A stretch of 63,785 nucleotides of DNA, counting the filler, from Cercozoa sp. M6MM (lineage: Eukaryota; Protista; Endomyxa: Ascetosporea): the NCBI GenBank assembly GCA_040357565.1. It is 10 parts of 10 records of this genome, joined end to end, with 100 filler letters (N's around TTAATTAATTAA, not from the genome) between each part and the next. Parts side by side here need not be neighbours in the genome. Positions count along the whole stretch, not along the records: positions 1 to 24,637 come from JBDODJ010000156.1; 9 more parts are not named here. One strand, given 5' to 3'. A program made the translations under genes and the position numbers. Shown here piece after piece: positions 1-13,363 of this stretch. Positions within the stretch are counted from its first letter, which is position 1; each line of letters starts with the position of its first letter. The notes beneath the pieces were generated by a model that had not been told where the DNA came from, ran no database searches, and worked only from the letters and a program-made list of their open reading frames with translations.

Positions 1-13
1 CCCCCCCCCCCCA

Positions 14-961
14 GTATTATTTTGCTGTTGACCTCATTAACCCCCGCCCCCAAGCAGAAGAAGCGAAACGGCATGCTGAGCAGTAGTAGTAACAGTAGTA
101 GTATCGACACGAGCGAGGGCGGACAGGAGACCGAGGTGGGCGCAGCGGCCGAAGTGCTGACGCAGCTGTGTCTGTTGTCGGAGGAACAAATGACGCGACA
201 TGTCTGTCAGGCTGTGGCCTTGTTTCTGACGGTGCCTTTACCCTCCCTCTCTTGACCTTTCTCTTTTTCCCTCTTTACACCCCACTTACTTCCCGCTTTA
301 CCCCCCTCTTTACCTCCATGTTATACCCCTCTTTACCCCCCCCCCCGCAGTGGGATGACACTTTGACGCGGCGACGCGGAGCGACTTTGGCTCTTCGTTT
401 CGTGGAAACAGTCTCGGCAAATCCGGACCAGTTGCGACTGTTTGCGCCCTTGTATGTTTTAACCCCCTTATGTCCTAGCCTCCCTTACGCCCCCGAGTGC
501 AGTCTGCTGGAGTGGCAAAAGGCGGCGCAAACGTCGCTGTTTCCGTGGCCGAAAGACGCGCAGAGCGCCGGCGATCTCGTCACGGTGGTGCAGCTGGTGG
601 GTCGGGTTTTACCCCCCCCCCCCCCCGTTTATCCTCCTGTTTATACCCTCTTACCCCTGTTTACCCTCCCTGTTGCCCTGCCCCAGGTGTACATGGCCAT
701 CACGGGTCGTCTGTGTTCGTCCGAGGCGCGAAATTTGCTGCTGCAGGCGCCGCAAGTCACTCCGGCCGCCGGGGGGGGGTGGGTGGGTGGCTTTTTTTTT
801 TACCCCCCCCCCCCCCCCCGTTGTGCCCCCCCCCCCCCCTGTGGTAGGAGCAAACGGTGCTGTCGAAGCAGCAGGCGGAGCGAGCGTACCGCGCCGGTTT
901 CAAGCGACTCCTGCAGTCGGCAGCGACGCGCGCGGCTCAGCAGTCGGCGACGGCCTTTTGA
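14..961 (+). CDS. Exportin-5-like protein, 3' exons (5' truncated by window edge)
   Basis: Spliced exons read WDDTLTRRRGATLALRFV ... VYMAITGRLCSSEARNLLLQAPQVTP ... EQTVLSKQQAERAYRAGFKRLL*, resembling the exportin-5/HASTY C-terminus from memory. Stop TGA at 959-961. Confidence 0.5.
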
Positions 962-1373
962 TCCGTGCGGTTACGACGTAGCATCGCATAGCGCGTGACT
1001 AGTTTCGTTAACAGTACCGTACGCCGATACTTCGTTGATATTGGATAGAATGAATCGCGCGAAAAGGAAGTCACTGACCAAATTTAGATCGCTGAGGAGT
1101 TTTAAACCAGACTGCGAAGTTGACCCACTCGTTCAGTGGTTCTACAGTATCGGCGGTCTTTTGCGTTACAAGTAACGTTGGTGGGATTTCTGTCCAGATC
1201 AAATGACCGAAGAAAAGACTTTCACTTCTTTAAAGTCACTTGACTAACGTAATCTCGCACTACAAACTAAAGATATTTGTCTTTATTTAGTTATTTTTGT
1301 GGCATCGCCACAAAGCCGCAGCAACAACTCGACTCCAGCGTAGTATCTATCTATCGTATCGTATATCCATCCC

Positions 1374-4012
1374 TTACGACGCCACGGCGCGACAGCGCTT
1401 AGCTACAGGGTGTATCGTATAGCTGGCGCCGATCAGAAGATCGGAATGCGCTTGTCGCACATGGCGTAGCGATCGACCTTGCGGAAGTCCTTCAGGTGCG
1501 CACGCAGCTGCCGCCGCTGTTCGGCCTCGACCACGCGCGTGGCGCAGTACTACAGCGCACAGCACACCAAATTACTATTCGCTTGTCCACACCAGACAAT
1601 AAACAGAGCAAGCAGAGGGTACCCGCGCCAGCAGCACCGAGAGCAGCAGTTTCGCAATCAAAGCACCCGCGAACAGCAGCAGCGCCACGCCGAGTTTGTT
1701 CCACAACGGCGCTCGCATCCGCTGGATCGACACGTACAGCACTCGCAGCATCTGCAAGCACAAACACTCCACAAAAACTGCCAAAAAGCCAAAAATACAG
1801 AAAACATAAAAATCCACCACAGCAGCCAGCGGCATCGACGAGAAGCCCAGTCGCTTGGATAACGCGTGAGCGTGGTCCAGACGCTGCGAGGCATCGGCCA
1901 CGTCCACGCGGCGTGACACATAATCGGCACACAACTGCGAAAAAGTGTTTAAAAACACAAACTGAACCCAAAACAGTTAGATAGAGGGAAAAGCTAACGC
2001 TACAATCAGTTCATAACCCTGGTATACGCTAGGCCGCAGATTGTTGAACTTGGTCTGCGCAGGGAAAACAAAAATACAAATACAAGAAAAACAAGCAAAA
2101 CGGAGAAAAAACGCCAAATCTACCACAAAACCGTGTTTGACCCAATCAATGCACAGTTCGACTACAAAGAGCGCCAAAGCGGCAAAAGCAGCCGTGGCAA
2201 CCCATGGGCCAAGATTCTGCGAGAGTGACGTGACCTGCACAAAATCAGGTGACAAATTTAATTTTCAGTTTTTGTCTGGTGTACGTTTAGTTGTTGAATG
2301 ACGCGCATGACACTCACTATCACCATTGAGATTGTGTCAGCCACCTGTGAGCCGATTAAAAGCCACATTTAAGCAATCAGCAGCGAAAACTGAACAAGAA
2401 AATACGGATAAATCGGCGCCGCAAGTGTGCCAGATTTCAGCATTTGCGAGATTGTCGATCCATTGGCAGAATCGGTCACTGAGACAACTGAGTGTGTGAG
2501 TGTGTGCTTGTGATTTAAAAAAGTTTTACATGGGCGAAAAGACGGAAGCACGGAGTGCAGTGAGATTTTGCACAAAGATGGCGCACATGTAAAGACCCAA
2601 CTGAAAGCGTTCCACGACATCTCCAGCCTGAGCAGGCACCCTCAATAAAGCTGCTGCAACAAAAAGGGAGGCAGCTACCGCCACTTGGAACAGATTCGTC
2701 TTGGTGAACTTCTTGAACACGGTGCCTTTGATCTCGCCAAAGTTGTGCGACACCAGCAGCGCGAACAGCACGCTCGGATCACTTTTGTAGCCACACGGAA
2801 AAACTCAAAGCACCCCCCAAACACTCACGACCACTAAGCTACCTGTTGATCGTGACATTCAGTGTCACCATGTTCATAAACAGCAAGGCACTGTGCAGCA
2901 CGACATAAGCCGTGCACAGCAGCACATAAACCGTGCGCCGATCGCCCTGTCACACAGACAAATACAAGGAAACAAACTGAAAAAAGACAGTTTACGTGAA
3001 AACAAATGTCTCGAAGGTCCTCGCCCAGAGCACAGAGCAGTCGATCCAGCAGAAAGAGCATGTTGAACATCACGTAGAGTTTGAGCACTGACTGCCCGCG
3101 AACGAAGTGATAAAACCGACTGGTGTCGACACTGCTCAAAAAGTCAATCAGTCAACCAGTTGCCATTGGTGTTTTCTTGACCAGAACCGTTCCCAACACA
3201 CCTAAGCAGCACACCAGTGGCCACCACGAGCATCAGCATTCGTAGAAAGTCGACACGAGCTTGTGCTGGCCAATGCTGTTCCAAAAAATACAAACTGAAC
3301 GCACCTTAAACAAAATGAAGACCAAAACCAAGCTACCAGGTGCCTCACAAACGACACAACATGCCGAAACAGTCGTAGTGGCAGCAAAGCAAACAGGAAC
3401 AACAAGGCGTCCAAGCAGCACAGGACTCCAACACACTGTAGACAGGCACGTCACGCTTGTTTTCGGAAAAATACCAGAAAAACAACAACTGACTGAAACT
3501 CACCAAAAAACGCTCCAAATACGGAATGATGCCAATAAAGTTGTCAATGCGCTGTGCTGCGGTCCATTCGGTGTGGTTTGTGTACTGTGATCAGAGCACT
3601 CAGTGTTTTAGTCATGCTGAGTGCTTTGAAATTGTGCAAGATTTAAAAAAAAAACAGGATACTGTGCTGGGAATCATTTCGTGCTTCCAGACCCTCCTGA
3701 GCGCCTCCTGTTCGACTCAACCGAATAAACAATACTGCATGACGATAAAGTTGATACCCACGATGAAGGCGACTGCGTGAGCCAAGCCGAAGCAATTTCT
3801 GTCGTTCGGGCCACTTGTTCATCTGTCTGTACACAGGGTATAACATGTTCAAGTTGTACATGTGTGCAAAGTGGTACCGCAGGTTGAGGCGGCTGCGCTG
3901 CTTTGCGCTTGTTGGCCACGTAGAAGCGTGGCACTGTCTCGAGTGCCGACGTCGCTAGCAGCGGCGACAGCGACAACTCGCTCGCCACCGAGAACCGCCG
4001 GTCTTGCGCCTG
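1374..4012 (-). CDS. TAPT1: TAPT1/Emp65 family ER membrane protein (multi-exon; 5' end may extend to about 4450)
   Basis: Family motifs SRFYHFVRGQSVLKLYVMFNML, LLVSHNFGEIKGTVFKKF, DVVERFQL, ELCIDWVKHGF, TKFNNLRPSVY, SKRLGFSSMPLA on consecutive exons. Confidence 0.9.
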
Positions 4013-4849
4013 GGGAAAGGTACAAGGACCAATGCTTATGCTACAACAAGGCTAAACGGCATATAGAATAACAGGGGTGACACACGCGATCAGCGGCATC
4101 GTCCAGCACGAGAGGCGGCACGCCTGTATTGTTGGCCGACTTGACACGCGGCGTTGGCGACAGTAACAAAACCGTCGGTTTCTATTTCAGTCATTCCAAA
4201 AAAATCAACAGTACTTTCACTGAACTAGGATGCAGTTCCAGAAGGTACCCGTGCTGCAGTAGTCGACTCGCTCTTGTCCTCGCTCGTTTTGGTGCCATTC
4301 GCAGCAGCACGAGCTGCCTCAGCGTACGTGATCGGAAAGCGCTGCGTCACGCCCACCTGCACAAGAGCAACAGCATTTCACTTTGAAGTGCGAGAGTCAA
4401 CAGAAACACACAAAGTACCGAGTGTGAGCGTTTCCTCCGCTCGACCATTGCTGAAACGAATTATGAGTTTGCCTCGGAACCACGTATTCTAATAACACTT
4501 CGCATAAGTACAGTGTAGTGACACACTAATACACTGCTGCAATGCTATACTAGGGAGACTCGAGATTTCGGAGGAGGCGTCTGTTTGTACATAGTTGTAC
4601 TAAATTAGGCAAAGAAAACGAAGTGATTCTTGGTCCACAGAGCATTGGAATAGGATTGGATCACATAAACCGGGCTTTATAGTGTCAAAACCGTATTAAG
4701 GCACAAAGCTGGCTTATTTTAACTCAATATGTCCGATGACATTGTTTCTCGTGCGCGCTTTCAAAAACACCGCCCCCAACAAAAAGACGAGAATTTGTGT
4801 TTATACGACCTCTTGTTGACGACTGCCAGAGGCCATAGCTAGGGATTTG

Positions 4850-7649
4850 GTGATTTGTTGGACCGTGTCTATTCCAGTCTCGTCGTTTTGCTCGCGGAAC
4901 TGAGCCAACATGCCGCAGAACGTATCAGCGACAGCCTAAGAACGAGTTATAAGGGTGAAACATGTGACCACATCATTGATGGCAGACGCGCACCCAAAGC
5001 ATTTGTTGCAACTTGTGCGATGCAACTGTTGAGTGTTCAAGTTGCTGTTGCAGACGCTCAGTTTCGTCGAGCAGCACTACTGCACGCGAGGAGACCTCGC
5101 ACACCGATAAGTTTGATGCTTCGCCGCCCACTAGAGCACTTTCGGCCCGTTCTTTGCTGACATGCCTGGCGGTTTCTTCACTACCTTCGCCAAACACTGT
5201 GAGTTTTCGTTTTGCCTCTTCGAGCCGCTGCTGGAAGTGTTGCAATTGTCTCGTTCTGCGCATCATGCAAACCCCCTTCCACATCTCACGGAAAACGGTG
5301 AATAAACGCCAATGTTTTACACAGAGTTTCTGACTTCAATTTGTGCCAGGTGGTGTGCAAGACAAGCGTCGACCGCAGCAGTGCCACTTACTGTTTTCAA
5401 CGATCGAACCGCTTGAGGATCGCATAGCACGAGAAGCTCCTAGGATTCACAAGAACAACAATGAACTATATTTACGAAACTCGCAAGTTCCAGTTAAACC
5501 AAGCTTACGTTGCAGCGGGTTTGCAGAAAGTACAAGGCTGCGCGCCGACTATACGTATCGGTGTCGCAACGAACATTCATAAATTATCAATCAGTTTCTC
5601 GTTGAGCATAAATTTACACTTTACAGCGAGTCCGTATCTCGCGCTGCTGCTGTCTTCGTTGAGCCTAAAAAAATGAGATTATATTACGAAATACCAACAT
5701 GACTGGTCAAAGTTAATGTAATTACCAATCGTGCGCGTTGTCGAGCATTTTCACCGCGTCTGACTCGCAACTGCACACGTTCAAACGCATCCCACGGAGT
5801 GTCGCCAGCTTTCGCCTCTCGCGGTCGAGGGGTTTCGCCAACCGCAGCGAGTCGCTCATTGGATCGTCGTGCTTTCAAGAGCATGTCTTGTGCATGCCGT
5901 CGAAGCTTGTCGAAGAACCTCTTGCTGGTGTGTGAATCTTCTTGAAGAATGTGCACTTCCTTGTATGCTTCGTCGGTATCCGCGGCCACTGCTGTCGCGA
6001 GTGCCGAAAGGCGTGCTATTAGCTGAGGAGGACACAGTTAAATACATCGTTGTAGAAGTAGTAAGATGAAAGAGCTCACATGGTCGGCACGACGCTGATG
6101 TTCACGAGCCAAGCTATGTACGCATTCCGTTATTTTTTGAAGAAGTACTTATTGGAACAAACCTCAATTTCTCCGACACTGCGACGTTTTCATCACGCAT
6201 ACGCGCGATTGTTTGTCGAAGCTAAAGTGAATCCATCAATAATCTATATATATCGATATAGATATGTATAAAACAACAACTGGTTTACATTTTGAGTGTT
6301 CTCATTGACTTCAGTTAACCGTGATTGCATGGCCAGCACCCGGCAGCGAAACTTGGCTTTCACCTAAATTGAACATGTCAAAATATGAAGATCAGTAATT
6401 GGATCCTGTAAAATGGTGTACCATCAAAGTCGAGTGCCTTTCAATGTCATCTTGGCGGTTAGGTAAAATGCTTTTGAGTTCAGCTTTCAAGTGCTTCAAC
6501 TAAGAAAAACAAAAACTTGAACAAGCGATCAACTGGCACAAAGCATGAGCATTGCAAGGACATGCCAGCTTCAATTTCTTTTGTCGTGTATGACGCAGGG
6601 CGTCTGCGACATGCCTTGCCTACAGACTATAGATTTCAACAGACGTGAAAACAATATCAGCCTTACCTCAATTAGATCTTCGACAGGAGACCCTCCGGTG
6701 TCTTTTGCTGAAACTGTGTCTCCCCCTGCGAGCAGCGCAGGTGTACTTTTGGCGCGGTGAAGGTTTATATTCATGCGCGCAAAGTATGACAATTCGGAGT
6801 CGAGTAGACGATCTCGTGCAGTGCGTGTCTTTCGGTACGCACGAGATGTTTTTTGAGCACGCTCAAAGACTCGCGCGCTGCGTTGTTCGGTCAATCCGCC
6901 CGACGCGCGTGAACTTTGATCTTGGCTCTTGTTGACGAGTTTCACCCAACTGTCGCATCGTGACGGTGCAAGGCCGCTTGCCTACCGGTACATTTGGTGG
7001 AGTAGAATTTCTGTTTTTGAATTTATTTCTGCTGTGTACACTTACCGATCGAGTGCGGAGAAGGTGTCGCGTCGATGGCGCTGTGCGTTTCAACGGCAGG
7101 AGGTTCGCCATTGGCATGCTGGCTGTTCTGGACCTGACGCTTGTCAAGTCCAGGCGAGGTAGCTTTTTCTGCATCAGCGTATAGCACCGTAACACTACTT
7201 GTAGGTCGGTAAATTACCTTCTTCTGCGCTTGCAACAAAAGCGTCGATCCGCTTAGCTGGTGAGGTTTGTTTTTCCTTTGCAATGAAAGCTCACGTGAAC
7301 TTCGTGCTCTTAGAATCTTTCTTCGATTCCGCTCCTTGAGCGTGCTTCTCGCTGAACGAATGCTCTCAATTCGACCTGCAGTATCCTGAGAGACCGTTCG
7401 ATCAATTTGAGTTTGCAGTTGTGTTTGCTTCGTCACTGCATCGTGTAGATTGGCACGCACTTGGTCAAGCAACGAGGTTGCCATGTTCGCAGCGGTTTCG
7501 TTGTGCGTGGCCAGTTCGATTCGCATCTCTCGTTCGCGCTGTCGACATGCAAGCCACCGCTTCAGTTGCGACTCGGAGTGCAAGTCGTTCGGCCAGATCG
7601 CGTTGTGTCTTTGTTTTTTAGAACCAAATTGAGGACTTGTAAGCGCCAT
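4850..7649 (-). CDS. Hypothetical coiled-coil protein (probably one multi-exon gene)
   Basis: ATG ORF 7023-7649 and further helical, charged exons (6571-6945, 5684-5989, 4973-5284) on the same strand, separated by intron-like gaps. No recognisable family. Confidence 0.45.
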
Positions 7650-7699
7650 TGTGTGATGTTCACCCGCGGCTTTTTAAGAAACACCATCAACAGTCACAG

Positions 7700-9866
7700 G
7701 TCTACGAGGACACGTATGAGTTGAGTGACTTGGGTCGTACCAATACGCACGACGACGCGATCTAAAAGGGAGGTTAGCACACGAGGAACTTTCTCCGTAC
7801 TGACTTCTCCCTGAAGCGGCGGTTTCGTGAAAGGTACCATTTTGACAACAATATAAATTTATACTGAAGATGTTAGTTTACTGTGCCAAGCTCTCCGTCA
7901 ACGCTCGAGCCGAAGGCCAATACTGCTCCCGTGTCTGTAACACACAGAGAACAGTAGCGCCCGCATTCAATGTCACGAACATTTTGGCCGACGAGAATGC
8001 GGCGCAGCTGTCGACAGCTCATATTGGTTCTACAAGAACTTGGGTGAACTGTGTTCCGACCTGGAAAAGGTATCAACCTACCCGTTTCCGAGTTGACTCG
8101 TTTCATTTGCACCACAGGACCATACATCTCCTTTGTGATCCAGTAGAAGAAGGTGGCCTTGGCCACTTGAACACTTGATAAAAGCAGGTCGGTATGTCGC
8201 TTCTTTTCTGCCATGCCTCAAGCGTGATAAACTGGCATTGCACTTTTCAAACGAACGTCCAGGGGGTAAATGTTTGAGTACAGTACCTCGGTTCACTCTC
8301 AAAAACAAGTTCGCCTCGATCGGATGGGTACCTGCAATGAAGACAGATGACGTTGCAGGGATCTTCACAGACAAACTGAAAAAGAGGCGGTTATGGGTAC
8401 AAGGTTCGAGTTAAAGGAGACGCTTTCAGTTCGCGCCACTTGCTCAACGCTCGTGATTGCATTTGGTAGTGAAACATATCGTTTTCAGTCATTATCGTAC
8501 AATGGAAGCCAGCAATGAAGGCACGGCCCGACTTGAAGAGAATGGCGCTACTTGTGGCACCTGCGCACATGTCTTGCACACGAGGGTGTTCAGACTCCTC
8601 GGTTGCAGCTTGACTCTTCAAGTCCTCTGGGCAGTCCACTTTGGGGAGCTTCAGTTCCACTGGCAACGCCTCGCATGATGCTCTTGTTAACAATGCGTCG
8701 TCCATTTCGTTTCGTATCTTTTGCTTTGTCCGAATCTTTGCCAGTTGCCCGTGCGTGTTGTCACCTGGACACACTCGTAGACGCACAACAAGTAAAAAGA
8801 ACTGTACAGCGCGAGAGGAAGGGAGAGAGAGAGAGAGAGAAATACCAAAGCCCCAGACACGAGTGCCATCAGTGACGAGCGTGTGCGCCACACCTGCACT
8901 GATCTGAACGATGCTGGGCTTTACACCCTTAGACCAGTTCTTCGGCATTTTCGCAAGGGTTGGGTTTGTGATTGTCGGTGTGAAGGAGCCGAGGCCGAGT
9001 TGACCTGCGCGAAACAGCAACCTAAACGTACTCGGAAGAAAAGGGCAACGTACCAGCGCTGTTAGCCCCAAATCCAAAAACTTGGACAGACTCTTGAGTG
9101 GCCTTCTTGCCTAATTCGGTCGGAACCGCCATCACTATTGTGTGTGCTCTTCCGCAGGCCACGTGGACTGCTTGGTGGTCAGAGAGGGAGATTCGTGTTG
9201 GAGTCGCAGAACTGCACATCGCCAAACTCTTTGCGAGCTGCCCGTGTGAGTTCGAGCCCCACAACCACACGTCCCCCGAGGCGTCTATGGAAGCGCAGTG
9301 TTGTCCTCCTGCTGCTATCGATCTCATAGGGACACCCACAGGCCAAAGTCGTGACTTTGACAACAGGGTCGGAAGCAGTGCACATTTCGAGGCATCGCGA
9401 CTACTTCTGTGAAGCAATGCGACAAAAGAAGGTAGAGGGAGGGTATTGTTATGTAGTTTCGGTACACAGCAAGTTGTCCGTTCACACCAATGCCCCAGCA
9501 CAGGATTTCAGTTTTGAGGTCTGTATCGCCCAAGGTCATTCTTTTCTTGCGTGGGAAGGTCTTCGCGGTTTTTGTAGCTTCTGCTTTCAGCGTCTTCGTG
9601 AGCTTAAACTCATACACTCCTGGCTGGTGCGGTTCTCCAGTTTGAGTCTTCTCGGTCAAACGAGCCTGACTTCCTTCTTCAGTTTCATTCTTTGTCTTGA
9701 CACTGGCTTCACGATCGCGAGATTTCTTCAACTGCAACCTGTCAGAGGGTGGTTGGAGGCGATATGTCTTTTCTTTGCAGTGCGGATCAAAGCGACTAAG
9801 CGCGTCTCTGTGAAAGCACAAGCGTGAACAACCACTCCAGGCGCTTTTAAGGATCAGCTTCAACAC
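7700..9866 (-). CDS. RCC1-repeat beta-propeller protein
   Basis: About 7 RCC1 repeats: CWGIGVNGQLA, IAAGGQHCASIDASGDVWLWGSNSHGQLA, VACGRAHT...GFGANSAGQLG, ISAGVAHTLV...GDNTHGQLA, CSSGQGHLLLL...SCGANETSQLG, IECGRYCSL...FGSSVDGELG. Confidence 0.88.
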
Positions 9867-10063
9867 TAATTTGTTGCTTCAGTCGAAACTGACCTGACTT
9901 GAATACGACGAGCAAACGAAAGCTCAGCGCGCGTCACCTCGCTCATCAGCAACGATCCACCTGGGTATCACGAATTGCGAAACAGAGCTTGCTCAAAGGC
10001 CTTACCCCTGAGTCCACACCGGTCATACTGTAGAACGTCTCCATTAAAAGACGAATACTTGGC

Positions 10064-11930
10064 TTGCATTGTGTAAGACTCTTTGTTTATTTTAACCCTA
10101 TTTACGCCCCCCCCCCCGCACCTCTTGCCTGCAGGCCACTGATCCTCGTCGTAGCACAGACAGGCATCGTTCTGGCCGTGATGTGGGCGCAGTACGCCAA
10201 CAGTGAGCGCTGTCCGTGTGCAGTGACATCGTCGTCGTGTGCTCTGTTTGTTGGATTGGCCAGTGCGTGGCCCCTGTCGATGTTGCTGCTGTGGAAGAAA
10301 CTGCACCTGTGGCTGTCGCCGAAGTATTCTCGGGGGAAAACTATCACAGACTACGACTACCTCCAGCTTCTCTCGACAGTCCTGGTGGGTGCTTGCATGC
10401 TATTTGTGTCGCTGGTACTTTTCGTCGTCGTGTGGGCTCTGCACGCGCGCTACTGGCGACAGCACAAGCAACGAACTGCAGCAACAGCAGGACTTGGCTC
10501 CGTACAAGTCAAGCCGTTCACCTGGCACGCGTGGTTCTCGGCGCTGCTGTTCGGCTTTGCGCCAATCCCTAGCTTTGATGCTCTGTCGGGCCAGTCCAGT
10601 AATAAGAACAGCGACGGCAATGAGAACGACATGTTTGAACAGCACCGCATTCTTCGCGTGCTGTTTGTGATACGCGGCATCTTCCTGGCCGCCGGCATCT
10701 GGTTCATCACGCGCGGTCTCGCCGACTTCCTTATTGGCGACAGCAACAAGTCCTTTGGACGACAGTTCTTCTACCACCTGTGCGTTTCTTATATCTATAT
10801 ATATATATATATATTTGTATATATTTGTAAACTTATATATATATATAAATATAAACGTTACAATAAGAGTACTTTTAAGTGAGTAGGTTCGCCGCCGCCA
10901 TCTCGGAAGAGTTCGGCAAGCTGTGCGCTGCTGCTTCGGGTAGTTTGTTCCTCTCTCCTAGGAAAGTGTAAGTGTACATGTATTCTTTGAAGTGCTGGCA
11001 TGCCTGCGATACCGTCGATTGCCACTGGCCTTACCGATGGCAGCAATGCTATGCGGTGCCATCTTTGGCATCTACGAGAACTACACTTACTTTATGGTTA
11101 CTGAGGTTATAACTTTCCTACTCTACTGTAAATATAGTACTGTAGCTCGGAGCGAATTATCACATCCGCTTCGTCACGGTGGTGTTCCACACACTGTCGC
11201 CTTGCATCGTGTCGCTCACCTACCTGATTTACGGTCTGCCCATTGGTACCCGAACCCTTCTGTATAGTGAGTGTCTTGGTATTTGATGTTCTAACTTTCG
11301 ACAGCATCGGCAAGCTTTGTTCTCGTCGTGTTGCTGCACACTCTCAATAACTCGCTGAGTGCTCTGATTGGCCTGTTTGCCATCTTGACTTGTGGTACGT
11401 TAACAGATACTCACATACACTGGACCTACATTTACAAAAATACAAGTAATTGATGCATGATAGTCTTCGATGCGTTGCTGCACTACATTGTGGCGCGTCA
11501 CTTGTGGTGCAAGTTCCTATCGTTGCCGAAAACGCACCGTTCGGTGGCCGTCTTTCTCGCCAACAATCGCGACGTCTACGAGTTGCTTTGTCGGGTAGAC
11601 GGTTTCTCGTTCAAAGGCCAATGTAGACACGCTTTGTGTATGAACTCAGTGCGGTGCCCAGCGCTTCAACGAAGCTCCGGTGGAGCAACAAATCACCGAT
11701 TTTGTCGGCATGAACAGTAGCTACCATCCGGGCCATAACACGACTCACGGCAACCTCGAGGTCGTTGTGGCGCCTCGGCCTCAGCCTGCTACTGACGTTT
11801 ACGTCGCGCCGCCACAATACGCGAGCATCAACGCTCCTGCTGCCTCGATCAACTGAACGAAATAATCGAGTCGCTGGACACGATTCAGGTGGCTTGGCTT
11901 ATCTTCTCACCCGAGCGACTTTCAATTAAG
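10064..11930 (+). CDS. PrsW-family (CPBP superfamily) intramembrane protease, multi-exon
   Basis: Multiple TM segments and four motifs in order: AAISEEFGK (about 10891-10920), GAIFGIYENYTY (about 11054-11090), RFVTVVFHT (about 11170-11195), VLLHTLNN (about 11328-11351). Confidence 0.75.
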
Positions 11931-12309
11931 TGTAAATCTACCGTGCACGTACGAACTGAAACAATTCAGCCTGCAGTGAGTAGCTGCCGAACCAAGGCTG
12001 TCAAGCTAATAAACTTACTGTAATTTCCTGTACTGTACTGCGCTGTACCAAGTCTCCAAGTAGACCGGACCGGGACGCGACCACTGCCACTCGACTGGAA
12101 GAGGGAATTCTGACCTGCTGGGTCGGGTTCCCCGGAGACGAAGAGGCGGGATCTACGGAACTGAATGCCCGTATCCACGATGATCGGATACAATATAGTA
12201 TTGGTTTCTAAGTAGACTAAGCTTCGCTTATGCAACGTTCGGTTGTCGACCTCTATACTCCTATACGTCTACTATCGCACTGCCGTGCCCTACGCTCACC
12301 ATAAATCTT

Positions 12310-12390
12310 CTGTATTAGTCCAGTCGAGTCTCCTTAGAAACCGACAGCTAGCGTCGGCACTGTCGTGTAGTTCCCCTGTACCAGTCAAGA
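12310..12390 (-). repeat. Inverted copy of the retroelement 3'-end motif
   Basis: Reverse complement GACTGGTACAGGGGAACTACA...GGTTTCTAAGGAGACTC matches 13118-13160 GACTGGTGCAGGGGAACTACA...GGTTTCCTAGAAGACTC. Confidence 0.6.
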
Positions 12391-12475
12391 ACGCACTGCA
12401 AGCTTACGTTGCCGCAGGGAAACAGATCTAGATAGCTGTAGATAATGCTGTTACATCGATACCGTACACTTGTAC

Positions 12476-13169
12476 AAGTACTGCAACTATGCCCAAATAC
12501 CGCGAAAGTGCAATGAATGCAATGCCAGAGGCAGACTCAGGACTCCCAACTGCAAGGGATGCAAACAACGACTACAAAAACGGGAAGTAAGCGAGTGCCC
12601 CGACTGCGCGGGTACCTGGGAAAATGCAGAAGACACTCTAGACACGTACCACCGATTGCTGGAATGCAAGGTAACGGAAGCTATCAGAAACAACACCAAT
12701 GCGGCTCAGTGGCGCACAATTGAAGACATACTGGCCAACCCTGAGAACCTAGCAACACTCAACAGAATGCATCAAGGCACCAAGATCTCCTGGGACGAGG
12801 AAGCAACTGTCGAAGGACAACTAGCCTCCCAGCAGGCACTGGACCGAGAGGTCCCCGACATAGACTAGGCCACCACTCACAGCAGTGGTGGCCCTAAGTC
12901 TATGTCCGTTTGTTTGTTTTGTTTAGGTATCGAGTGGAGAGACGGGAGGACGACGACGGGACGACCCGACGCCGCCTGCGACGCCTCTCTACTTGTAGCC
13001 CGCTACCTGCACCAACCATGAAGTCGACTTCGATGTCTGGGGAACGTCAAAAGGGGAGCTGTATGGTCCTACCCTAAGCGGGCGGTAGACACGGCCATGC
13101 TCTTGTGACCCACCCCAGACTGGTGCAGGGGAACTACATAGTTGGTTTCCTAGAAGACTCAACTAACTA
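12476..13169 (+). mobile_element. 5'-truncated non-LTR retrotransposon (LINE) 3' end, possibly a composite of two 3' ends
   Basis: ORF remnant with CPDC-x12-H-x4-C (LINE ORF2 C-terminal CCHC-like knuckle), a long hairpin over the stop, a (GTTT)n tract and an (ACTA)n tail. Flanked by near-identical direct repeats ACCGTACACTTGTAC (12461-12475) and ACCGTACACACTTGTAC (13170-13186). Confidence 0.7.
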
Positions 13170-13363
13170 ACCGTACACACTTGTACGCACGAATTGAACG
13201 AAAATACAGTTAACGTCCCACCGCACCCCAGGCGACGCATCGCATGCCGTGCATACGCATGACGGCGGGCGCGGTGGGAACACGGCCCTAGCCGGCCATG
13301 CATGCACCGTACGGTCCACGGACGACGGACAGCGCTAGTAACTATACGATAGGTCGCTCGTGA

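Noticed and set aside
13055-13140. Twister or HDV ribozyme in the retroelement 3' module (CCTAAGC...AGGGG)
   Set aside because: The upstream UAA/P2 and the P4 closing pairs required by the twister consensus are absent, and no HDV P1/P1.1/P3 pattern could be built.
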